A DNA stretch of 60,491 nt, the filler included, from Nemertoderma westbladi (taxonomy: Eukaryota; Animalia; Xenacoelomorpha): the NCBI GenBank assembly GCA_032718475.1. It is 3 parts of 3 records of this genome, joined end to end, with 100 filler letters (N's around TTAATTAATTAA, not from the genome) between each part and the next. Parts side by side here need not be neighbours in the genome. Positions count along the whole stretch, not along the records: positions 28,399 to 52,624 come from JAUCBJ010006146.1; positions 52,725 to 60,491 come from JAUCBJ010005364.1; 1 more part is not named here. One strand, written 5' to 3'. Each line of letters starts with the position of its first letter. Position 1 is the stretch's first letter. A program made the position numbers and the translations under genes. Below, piece by piece: positions 49,350 through 60,491 of the stretch. Under the pieces are notes generated by a model. The model saw only the letters and a program-made list of their open reading frames with translations, was not told where the DNA came from and did no database searches.

Positions 49350-49524
49350 TCAGTCTATGAATTGAACATGTATCCTGTACATAATGACAGGGGCAATAAA
49401 GTACCAGGGCAGGGGCGATAAAGGACCAGGGGCGATAAAGGACCAGGGGCAATAAAGGACCAGGGGCGATAAAGATTCTGGGGCGATAATGACCCAGGGG
49501 TAATAAGTTCCTAAAAACTCCAGG

Positions 49525-50652
49525 CTAAAAACATTTTTTAATTGGTACCACTATTATTTTGCACACAGCGTTTTTCCAACTTTTAATAAATAACACCATA
49601 AAGTAGAAATTTAACGCGTACACAATGGATATAATATCATTTATTATGAGATACAAATTAACAAACCGGACCCACCAGAAAAATGTAGTAATATCTTCCA
49701 AAACAGCATCAGGATGGTTAAATTTTTTATAATATCCAGTCAAAACTGTATCAAAAATAAACATCATATCTAATATCAACAATTTGACAGCTGTCATTGA
49801 TACAATTAATGACATCATATATACAAGATTGCGATCTTTCTTAAGCCTTTCAACATTTTGACCGTGCGTTTTTGAAAACTTATTAACTTTAAGAACAATA
49901 GCGATAGTTAACGCTACAATAACTATCAGATGAACAAGTTGTTTAATTGGAATATAATATTCTATTATTATTAACTTGTACATGTCACCAAAATATGGTA
50001 AATCAACCATCTGTGCGACCCACACTATATTATCTGATGTAATGTTCTTGAATATCTTAAAAACTCCAACGAATGACATTGCAAGAATTGTTTCATGAAC
50101 AACGAGAAATAAAAAAAGTAGCATCAATATTTTTTGTTGATAACGACTAATAAATGAATATTTTATTGGGAGATAGACTGCGATCAGACGATCTAAAGAA
50201 ATAAAAATAGCTGTCCAACATGTCAAATCTTGAGCGACACGGACTAATATCCAATGATAAGCTCTAAGATAAGCTTGTATAATTGTTTGACAATGATAAG
50301 AAAATATTGATGATTTTCCATTTTGATATTCACAGATATACTCATTATTTGAAAGTAACCTTACCATCTCAGTAAACATCGCGAGACATTCCATAACGCC
50401 ATCCAAGCAAAGAAGTTTGTAGAATAATGTGTTGAATTGACTTTCTTTTTTAACAACAACAAAAGTGAGAATGTATCCAATTACACCAAGTACGATATAA
50501 GCTCCTGTGTAGGAAATGATCAAATTACCATAATATTTAACAATTAGATTATTAAAAGATTCATGAAATTCAAATAATGGCTCTACATCAGCATCATCTA
50601 AATTTGAATACCCATATTTTTTGTTGGTTGAATTGAGTGAATTATCTTCCAT
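49525..50652 (-). CDS. Class A (rhodopsin-like) 7TM GPCR, peptide- or chemoreceptor-like, single coding exon
   Basis: Seven hydrophobic segments, ISLDRLIAVYLPIKY (DRY-region motif), ALNFYFM in TM7, N-terminal glycosylation sequon. Confidence 0.85.
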   Translation of the reverse strand: MEDNSLNSTNKKYGYSNLDDADVEPLFEFHESFNNLIVKYYGNLIISYTGAYIVLGVIGYILTFVVVKKESQFNTLFYKLLCLDGVMECLAMFTEMVRLLSNNEYICEYQNGKSSIFSYHCQTIIQAYLRAYHWILVRVAQDLTCWTAIFISLDRLIAVYLPIKYSFISRYQQKILMLLFLFLVVHETILAMSFVGVFKIFKNITSDNIVWVAQMVDLPYFGDMYKLIIIEYYIPIKQLVHLIVIVALTIAIVLKVNKFSKTHGQNVERLKKDRNLVYMMSLIVSMTAVKLLILDMMFIFDTVLTGYYKKFNHPDAVLEDITTFFWWVRFVNLYLIINDIISIVYALNFYFMVLFIKSWKNAVCKIIVVPIKKCF

Positions 50653-52624
50653 GATTTAAAACAAGTGAATCGTCAACATTGAAACCTGAAAATATATTGT
50701 TTAATTAATATCTTAATGGTAAAGTTACAAACAAATTCTGTAGAGATTCGTATCGTATGTCTATTGTCTATGTAGGTGCATGAAGTTGAATTTAGTAGAA
50801 AATAGGTCTGATTGATTTGTGTAGCAGAACTATGTAAGTTACTATCGAATAGCTACAATCTTACCTGGACCACTCACTCTCTCAAAATGCGCGTCTGTTC
50901 GCAATGTGGGCCCGAAGCCAGAAAGTTAGTTGCTTACGCACACACACCGGTACTAATGATAATTGGGTTGATGACCACGTTATTGGACAATTCATATATT
51001 ACAGACTTAGTTTCGTGGGGGGGGGGGGGGGGGGGGGCATATCGTTTTGGATGATGTAGAATGTTTATAAAATATATAATTAATATATATATATATATAA
51101 ATAATAATAATTAATATAAAAATTATAATTATAGATTTGTATTGAGCTTTCACAATATCAAGTGTTTTACAGCTCTTATTCCATTCTTATAACCTATATA
51201 TACATTTACTATTTCGTGTATTATTTTGGTCAGATTTAGCCCATCTGTAACCTGGATATCTTGTGGGTGTACGACGTACGTACACTGCAAAATGAAATTA
51301 AACTGCACAAAGTCTATAACATTCACCAGACACAGCATTTCCAAAGTCAGCAATGACGTTCAGGTGGGATGGAACACGTGACTTCCGCGTTGGAAGTCTA
51401 AAACTACTCTGCTAGCGGCTCAGGCCAATCAAAAAGCCTTAAGATAAGATAACATAACAATAACATTATTTTGAAAATGAGTGTATATTGTTCGACATTA
51501 TCAATAGATCGGGTGCAGCATTAATTCGAAGTTTCTGTGTTCATTAGGAGCTCCTTGCTATGCAAATTTGACCAGTTGCTATGCAAAATAGAAAATGAAA
51601 TTATCTGCATATTGCTCCTTATAGTCGATATAGTCGGTCTAGACGTCGATGGGAAGTTGCTGGAATCGGCGAAAGGGCCGTTGCTATGCACATTGTAAAT
51701 GTTGCTAACTTTGAAGTCATTTTTCACCTGGTTGCCATGGTCGTCACCAGTAAATTAGTTACACCGATCAGCTATAATTTCAAAGCGACAGCTATTACAT
51801 GACAGACGTTGCTATGTAAATATTCGCCGTTGCTATGTTTAAGGGTCTGCAAACAATTTTCCCCACGATGAAACTTTTGAGTGAATTTTTCTGAATGACT
51901 AAAAAATCAACAATGGTCTAGATCGGAATATGTGGGCAAAAACCACAATTTTTTACGATCTCGCTTAACATATAAATTATCAATGCACCCTAAATACACT
52001 GGTTACCACAATGTTTACCACGGCAGTCTGGAGTGGTCTACTATTAGAACAAATTGTATTGTTACGTAATTGTATTAATTATTTATGCTAATCGCAATCT
52101 AACCTCTTTCGGGGTGTATATTATATTTAATGATCATTGCAGGTCTTACAATCTTTCAATAAATCCAAATGATAAGTTCATCACGTTTTTATAAACATTT
52201 TGGCTTTCTTCCACTTTAAATTGTCTAACAAACCATATAAGCATAATATAACAATAAGCCATTTAATTTAAATGTGCCCACAACAAAAATTAGCTAATTG
52301 TAAACAATATGGAATAAACTAACCACACTTGATCCGATTTGCTTTGTTACACGAACGAACGTAGTGAGTGAGTGAAAATAAAGCCACGAGGATCAGAACA
52401 CTGTAAAGTACTTTGTAACAAGTATGTATGTAGTTTTATTCCAAAATTTTAACATTACGAAATGATTTTCCATATACACTATAAGTGATAGAAACTGCAC
52501 AAATTATATTAGTTGCTTTATAAATAAATGTAAAAATGACATAAATTATGTTATAAATAAGTTATAGCTTATATTTATGGTGGTGTTTGGAGCCATGGTA
52601 CTGTATAATAATATAGCTAGGCCC

Positions 52625-52724
52625 NNNNNNNNNNNNNNNNNNNNNNNNNNNNNNNNNNNNNNNNNNNNTTAATTAATTAANNNNNNNNNNNNNNNNNNNN
52701 NNNNNNNNNNNNNNNNNNNNNNNN
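52625..52724. other. Artificial contig linker
   Basis: N44 + TTAATTAATTAA + N44. Confidence 0.97.
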
Positions 52725-52778
52725 AGAAGACATCTTAATTTGGTGGGTTAAACTGCCAAAGGTCTGAAAGCGCGAACA
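52725..52778 (+). mobile_element. Terminus of a repeat shared with 40312-40365 (putative LTR 3' end)
   Basis: 54-bp inverted match with 1 mismatch, ending in AACA. Confidence 0.55.
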
Positions 52779-54236
52779 GGTCCGGTCCGGTCCGGTCCGT
52801 GTCCTGACTGTATATGTCGGTTCTGCAATGCGCAAAGGACGGGTACCATACCCTAGTACAGATGCCCTCCATTCTCCACCCTATCAACTCTGGATACCAG
52901 TAATTAAATAATCATTTTATATTACATTTTTACTGATTTTGTTACATTATGTCAACTTAACAGCGTTCTGGTGAATTACTCGTAACACTGCAAAGTAATC
53001 AATACCATGAAAAAAACAACTTAAATTACCGTATTCCAGAATGTATTTTTCAATTTATATTAATGCGTGCTTCTTTATTCAATAAATCAGCACGAGTTTG
53101 TATAATGCGTGCGTCCAGTTGGAAGTGACGGGAATAGCTACTGTATGTAAATAATTGTTTCACGTCTCAGGCTATATTCCGTACGTCCTATAGAAGACAT
53201 TTTAGAGAAAATGAGCGGCGACAGTGTTCAGTAAAACTGAACGGACACAGGCGGTGAAGTTTATCACAAAATTCACGAAATTTATCACATCCATGCAGGA
53301 GATAACAACAATAAACTTTAATTAGATATAATAGTATAGCACCGCTACCTGTTAATAATTTTCACTAATATTCGAGATAGTACATGATTAAAATGTAAAT
53401 GAGTATCCATAAAATCCTTTCTTCACATACCGAACGCTGATAAGTTCACATAATGTAACAAAATTACATACATCATTGCTTGTAAAGGTCACTTTTCAGC
53501 GTTAAAGACCCTTGTTTATTTCTGTAAACCTCCCTGGCTGCGCTCGCTCGGTACATAAATAAACTCGGGTCATAACGCTGCAAAGTGCTACTTCACACAC
53601 AATGAAGTAAATAGTTATTAGTATGACTTGAATTTAACTTTGACCATTTACCCTGACTGTGAGGTGCCTAGATTAAATATAGTAATAATAAACACACAAG
53701 TGAAATTAAATTTATATGAGCAAACTTAAATAAACATTATCAGTAACTAGATTAAAATAGCGCATAAATATTTCGTACTAGCTTAAAATAGTTAAAAAAT
53801 TACAGGCGGCCGTTTGCTTATTAGGTAATAAATAATAAACAAGTCACTGCATTGGTGGCTGGTGCAGTATTTCGCAACATTCAGCAATTTTACTGATACA
53901 TAGTTAACTTGAGGTATCAGGCTGACGGGTCATTGTATATATTCTAACCAGACGTAAAGCGTCTGTATGTTGTGGAGATTTTTCCCGACCGCAAAGTGTG
54001 TGAACAATTAGTACAGGTTAATGATCAACTAAACATTGTTTGCGCGGGAGGGGTATTACGCTGTTATGATTAAAATGGAAATTACTAAACATAATCTATT
54101 CAGGATATATCCTAAATTGTGAAGCGGCACTGGCAGACTGACTTCATAGTAGAATAGAGATAATAGTACAATAGTAGAGATAAGTAGAGTTATCGGTAAC
54201 TGCGATCTAACCAATACCGGTAGCAAATACTGTCAC

Positions 54237-54401
54237 CTGCATTGTTGGCTCGTCTTCCATATCTTCCACAGCATCACCTTCATCGATGTCACCTTTTCCA
54301 ACATCTCCAATATCATCGGGATTAGCAAAGTCTTCATCAGACTCGCTGTCCAGTTCTGGGCCGATATAGTTCCCAAACTCATCGTATAGATCGCCATCCA
54401 T
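54237..54401 (-). CDS. EFTUD2: U5 snRNP 116-kDa GTPase (Snu114), first coding exon
   Basis: MDGDLYDEFGNYIGPELDS plus acidic tract; probable donor CAG|GTGACA at 54237/54236. Later exons not found in this contig. Confidence 0.9.
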
Positions 54402-55429
54402 CGCGGCTAATTATACTAATAAACGGTTTGTAATAACGACATAACAAGGTCAGCCCTGACTATATAAGTTAAGTTAAGCATAAGCCAGTAAGCTGATAAA
54501 GTTACGGTAGTTAGGCTGTTAGGCTACGATACTGATTGTTGTTGTTGACATAAAACGTCTTGTCCTGTTACTAGGCCTAGGTCTGTAGGTAGGTACTAGG
54601 CCCTACATCGCTACATCTAATCAAATCTAGTACCGGTTCGAACATTGCAACGATTTTAGGTGAGCAGTTCTTGTTCTTCGCTTCTGATATACAGGTATAT
54701 ATTCTGATATATTACCTAATCAGTGTATTATTATCAGATTGTCAAGTATTTATGTGATTCCAAATTCCCGACCCATATTAAATAGGCCTAGGGGCCTGCA
54801 TATACCTGTATACTGATATATAATCAGATAATTATGAAAAATTAATAGATACCGATGCGGTTGCCCACAGCAATCAGCAATACCTACTGCACACGCACTG
54901 TTAACGTACCGCAGTACAGGTACTGACAGTGACAGACTGCTGGTAGCTATCTACAGAGTACCGGCAGACCGGTCCGGTACAGATCTCAGATCTATGATCT
55001 ACATCCAGCGAGCAGCGCCTATCTGCCTATACCTGCATACAGCTATAGCCTGATAGCATATCAGCATATTAGTGCCTCGCCGCTAACTATTATTAATGCA
55101 CTCACACTACAGCACTACACAGCTACTGCTACAGCACAAACAGACTACCGGGTAACAACAGACACAGGCTGACAGGACAGGACTGTAGGACAGCAGGAGG
55201 CAGGAGGACTGGGGAATATGGGAAGAACCTCACATGGAAAGGTAAAATAATTTCAAAATTCCCGCTCAACTCCAAAATAAAATAATCACAGCGGATTTCG
55301 AACCAAACCCATACAGGATCTTGTATAGGATTCAGCCATAGTTTTAGGGTTCGAGTACGAGTTCCGACTGTCAGACTGTAAACACCACCAAACGCCTAAT
55401 GTGTCAAATTTTGCGGGTGTGAACGTTAT

Positions 55430-55930
55430 GCCGACAGCCGACAACCGACAGCCGACAACCGACAGCCGACAACCGACAGCCGACAACCGACAGCCGACAA
55501 CCGACAACCGACAGCCGACAGCCGACAACCGACAGTCGACAATCGACAGCCGACAATCGAAGTAGACAACCGACAGCCGACAGCCGACAATCGACAGCCG
55601 AAGCCGACAACCGACAGCCGACAGCCGATAACCGACAGCCGACAACCGACAGCCGACAACCGACAGTCGACAATCGACAGCCGACAATCGAAGTAGACAA
55701 CCGACAGCCGACAGCCGACAATCGACAGCCGACAACCGAAGCCGACAACCGAAGCCGACAACCGACTATCGACAACCGACAGCCAACAACCGAGAATCGA
55801 CAGCCGACAACCGACATCCGGCAACCGACAGCCGACAACCGACAGCCAACAACAGATAGCTGACAACCGACAACCGACAGCCGACAACCGACAACCGACA
55901 ACCGACAACCGACAGCCGGTAACCGACAAC
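55430..55930. repeat. Heptamer tandem repeat (CCGACAG/CCGACAA)n
   Basis: Direct inspection. Confidence 0.95.
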
Positions 55931-57653
55931 CAAATCCGAAAACCATTATTAACGGTAATTAAATAACAACAATAAAAAGAGCAATTTAGTGAAGAAAAAT
56001 ATTAATAACCTGTAATAATCATTTCTAAACGAATTTGAGCCTTGTATTCTTTTAAATTCTATACTTATAAAATAAATTAAGAGTACAGTATTTAAGATAA
56101 TGAACTACAGTATCTTTAACACCGATATACGATTATTAAATACACTACCAGTAATTTAAAGGTCACGCATGGGCCCATGTGAAGAATACAAGACTTTCTG
56201 CCGTTATATTTCACTTTGCAGTTACCCCCATGTGAAGAATACCAGGTTTTCACCAAAAACACAGGTTACTGAATCTAACCACTGAATCTAACCAAAACAA
56301 TAAACGAATTAGTGTTTGTACATGTTAACGCCCATGTGAAGAATACCAGGATTTCACTTTTCGGTCGACTTTTTATTGGAATTTTATATATGAGTGGGTG
56401 GACAGGGGATGTCAGAGGTATATGGAGTGGGTGGACATGGGATATCGAAGGTCAATAGAGTTACTGTATAAAGGATTTATTTCCTGAATTGAAAGAATTC
56501 TTTGGATAATGTTTATGATCAGTATACAAAAAAAATAATTATAAATGCACAGGAAATAAACACTCATATTTCACCCCAGCCGGAAATCAAAAGTAATTCA
56601 ACGGTAATAAAATGTATGTAAATAAAACTGTATGTAAATTGGTGATATGCAAAACACCCTAACAATTGCAATTCGTTAACCGTATAAACATCCTATGCGA
56701 AAATTTTCATTATTGTGAGATGCAAAACACCCTGCCGATATTTCTTATCTCAGTGCTTAAGACCAAATGCTAATTAAAATGTAATATTTCGATATCAAAA
56801 AATTTTCCAATCTTTCCTCTTCCTAAACATATACTACAGTAGTCAAAATCTCACGATTTGCCGATTCATTACAGCAAACCGCCAAATTCTAAGTCCATTT
56901 ACTCAAAACATACTTTTTGCGATAGGGTGTTCTTGTTCTACTGTACCTTCTGACGGCAGAATGGCCTTCTTGACTGTCTCTATATGCCGGCCAAGTTCGC
57001 GGTTTGCGGAGGAAGTCCATGGTACAACGTGCAAGTACCAATCCCGCCCAAGGTCTCGACCGCAACAGGCTGTACTATACAGTATAGTTCGGATACAGAG
57101 CACTGTATTTTCGTATCTTTCGGTTCTCTGCTAAGTTGGAAACAGATAAACCGTCGCTTGAGGCTATTGCCTGTTAATATGGGGCGAGTAGTCGGTGAAT
57201 ACAGGTGAAATACCCTAGATCATGGGGGGGGGGGGGGGGGGGTAAATAAATATAGGATATACAGTATAGATAGATATACATAGATACAGGATATATAAAT
57301 ATATATAATCATTTATTATTATCAGTGCTGTTCAACTACTGTAGTTAAGTTAAGTTGTCATTTGATGTAATTTATTTAAAGTGGTTTTATTTAATAGTTG
57401 ACTTTCAACTAATATCTAACTAAATTACAAGGTTTTATATCTCCCATTGTCCTTTAACTGTTTTGAACCATCTCGTCGATAGTCTCGACTGAATGCTTTC
57501 TAAACAATAACATAATTTATTTCCAGGTTATTTAGTTACTTCACGAGTTATTTACCCGAGGGACATGTTATAGACCCGAGGCGAAGCCGAGGGTTTATAA
57601 CTGGCCCGAGTGTAAATAATATATAACATATATATTTCCAACTTTATACCTAA

Positions 57654-57798
57654 AGGCCATGATACACTATAGGAGCGGCGAGCGGCAGCAGCCATTTGTG
57701 GTGTATCATCTCATCACCCATAGAAAATAATGTGTTCTATTTTTAAAAAGTGGCCGCTCGCCGCTGCCGCTCGCCGCTCCTGTGGTATATCATGGCCT
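57654..57798. mobile_element. 145-bp Harbinger MITE of the same family as 43663-46897
   Basis: AGGCCATGATA...TATCATGGCCT TIRs with TAA/TTA flanks; interior is the reverse complement of ~43663-43795. Confidence 0.88.
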
Positions 57799-58179
57799 TT
57801 ATGTTGTTGTTGCTTTTATTTATACGTACCTTACAACATCTCTTATCCACTGTATTTGTTTGATCTAAATGTCTTATCATAATTATAATAATTTTGAGGT
57901 TGTTGCATTTATACCTTTCATCTTGTATCCTTGCTGAAATTTCTTATCATAATTTATTATGTTGTAAATAATGTTGTAAATAATGTTTCCAATATATTGA
58001 AGGTCATCATTTTATTTATCGATGTTTGTTTTGTACTGTTTTCGTTTTCCGTTATAATATTTTCTAGGACATGGTGAATAGGCCTACCATAATACACCAT
58101 GTATAATACACCAATGGCGACTCCGACGGAAACGAAATCTCACCGTATTGGACTGGGTGACCCGGCGGCTTTTAACACC

Positions 58180-59620
58180 CCAACGGTTACAGATCAAGGA
58201 TTTAGCTCTTTACGTGAAATTTCCACTGAGGAGACGAAGGAACTTATAAATAACTCGAAATCTAAAACGAGTCCGCGCAACCCGATGCCGACGAGCTGCT
58301 GCCTCTTATTACCTGTATTATTAATATGTCATTGTCTATGGGTACAGTTCCATCTCTGTTTAAGGAGGCAGTGTTAACACCAGTTCTTAAGAAGATAAAA
58401 TTGGACCCAGAAATTCTTAAAAACTTCAGGCCGGTCTCCAACTTGCTTTACATTTCGAAATTAGCAGAAAAGGTCGTCGCAAACCAGCTGATTCAATATA
58501 TGAATCTTCACAACCTACATGAGCCGATGCAAAGCGCATACAGGCATCACCACGGAACAGAAACAGCACTTCTTTCAGTAAATGATTCTATTCTCCGCAG
58601 CATCGACTCAGGTTCAGCAGTGCTAGTTGTTCTCTTGGATTTATCTGCAGCGTTCGACACGGTTGAACATGAGAAACTCTTAGAAATTCTTAAGTCTGAT
58701 ATAACTGGAAATGCACTCAAATGGTTCAAATCATATTTGTCTGATCGTAAACAGCAAGTTCGTGTTGGTAGTCATTATTCTACATACAGAGACCTAAAGT
58801 ATGGATTGCCACAAGGTTCTGTGCTCGGGCCGCTACTATTTACAATTTATACACGCTCTTTATCTGCTGTAATAAAAAAGCATGGTTTATCATACCATCT
58901 GTATGCTGCTCAAATATATATCAGTTTCAAATCTGTAAATATTGATTCAGCAGTTCAGGTGACTGAGGATTATTGCCTAAATGATATACAGAAATGGATG
59001 TACACATATATGCTCAAGATGAACTCCGAGAAAACCGAAGTGCTACTACTGCAGTCGGGATTTGGCACATCAGTTGACAACCCACAAATACGTATTGGTA
59101 ACGACGTGGTGGGCTGTAGCACCGATGCCCGCAATATCGGCTTTACTATGGATCATTATATGACGTTCAGTAAATCAACGCATTTATCACCAGCTCTTTA
59201 GATAATAACAATTCGTTATATTATGGATTGCCAGACAAATATATTAACAAACTACAATATGTCCAGAACTCTGCGGCACGCCTACTAACAGGCACAAAAA
59301 AACGAGAACATATTAAACCTGTGCTCAAATATCTCCACTGGTTGCCTGTATTGCGACGCATTGACTTTAAGATTGTACTTATAGTATATAAGTGTATCAA
59401 TGGCTACGCTCCGAGCTATTTAAAGAATTTGCTGACCCGGTACATTCCTCATCGTTCTCTGCGTTCAGGTGGTGATGAACTAACTGGTTGCGCCTCGTTA
59501 TCGGCTAGAAAGTTACGGGAGGCGGGCTTTCTCAGTTGCCGGGCCCCGTTTATGGAACGCTCTCCCTTATTCGGTCCGCAGTGCACACACCGTGGAATTG
59601 CTGCTGAAAACACACTACTT
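58180..59620 (+). pseudogene. L2/CR1-group LINE reverse transcriptase relic
   Basis: NFRPVSNL, QSAYRHHHGTETAL, LLDLSAAFDTV, GLPQGSVLGPLLF, YA(DD lost), HIKPVLKYLHWLPV; frameshifts and deletions. Confidence 0.93.
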
Positions 59621-59761
59621 TTCGTTAAAATACAGTCAATAGGCAAATATATTTTAATTATATCCAATACTTGCAACCCTGAATGGACCCCCCCCCCCCC
59701 CCCCATATACCACTTGATGTGGATTTATCTTTTTATTGAGCTTTGTTTTAAGGGTAAATCT

Positions 59762-59920
59762 TTGCGACCTACGCGTAGGCCTACGCGTAGCTACGCGTAG
59801 CTACGCGTAGTCGCAACATTGGGTCATATATCACCAGTTTCAGAGTTTTAAAATTAACTACGCGGTAGGTCCTACGCGACCTACGCGTAGGTGCTACGTA
59901 TAACTACGCGTAGGTCCTAC
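59762..59920. repeat. Cluster of palindromic CTACGCGTAG decamers (probable MITE end)
   Basis: TTGCGAC-(CTACGCGTAG)x4-TCGCAA, with more copies to ~59915. Confidence 0.7.
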
Positions 59921-60491
59921 CCATTCAGCCATAACTATGCCTATACGTCGTTTATCATTAGTAGGCCTACGTATTCAAGCGGTTCAGTACTAAAATAAGA
60001 CCATACGGTAGGTTCAATAAACAACCCACAACCATCAAATGCTTTCAACAGTAATGTATCCTATACCTGTATAATACTCTATATAGAGAATACGCTAAGA
60101 CTACATATTCTTCACTTCATGCGTTGCGGGTGCTAAATGTGTTACCGGTATAATGTTTAGAGTTAAAAAATAGTTTACAAAGGAAATAGGCTGATGGTTC
60201 TTATCGATTCTCTATGCTTTTTATTGCCTGTGTTGACGATAGGGCAAGGATATATTTAATGTTAACCCCTTGACAAGGGAAGGGGGAGACTAAATTGTCT
60301 ACCATGATTGGTTGCACTTGTTATTTGACCAAACAATTGAATTTATGCAGTATTTATAAGCTTTCGCTTAACCACTTCACTGGTAGATTGGTAGCTTACT
60401 ACTGTAGAATATTTCAATAATCCAATGGAAACAAAGATACTTGAATCATGAGACGTGAATTTTAAGTCTACTTTTTATTCATCTGTGTTTG

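Larger units (their letters stand above)
48612..49513. mobile_element. MITE with TTATCGCCCC-repeat arms enclosing a SINE and satellite
   Basis: TTATCGCCCC motifs at ~48619-48662 and inverted GGGGCGATAA motifs at ~49389-49505. Confidence 0.5.

Noticed and set aside
55286-55946. CRLSVVG-repeat ORFs
   Set aside because: Translation of the heptamer repeat.

Overview
AT-rich invertebrate (metazoan) genomic DNA made of three contigs joined by artificial N44-TTAATTAATTAA-N44 linkers (28299-28398, 52625-52724), so adjacency across the linkers is not guaranteed. Contig 1 holds a decayed Sola2-like DNA transposon, a MULE-type MITE, intronless TMEM35/NACHO-like and DUS2 genes, three internal SUCLA2 exons, a 7.9-kb 50-bp satellite starting just after a SUCLA2 splice donor, Helentron/HINE-like pieces and pentamer satellites. 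Contig 2 holds the most interesting locus: one arm of a Polinton/Maverick. It has an AGTAGTAG terminus at 35686, a ~300-bp branched foldback in the terminal region, an intact 1350-aa protein-primed DNA polymerase B and, directly behind it, a divergent TBP-fold ORF. Both ORFs are preceded by the same ATTTTTCTAG acceptor-like motif and appear to be fed by duplicated non-coding leader exons. The Polinton is inserted into the gag ORF of a BEL/Pao LTR retrotransposon. Contig 2 also has a Harbinger transposon, an RTE fragment, a tRNA-Glu-derived SINE with a satellite tail and a class A GPCR. Contig 3 holds the first coding exon of EFTUD2, a heptamer repeat, a Harbinger MITE and an L2/CR1 LINE relic. 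Family assignments come from recalled motifs; no database searches were run.
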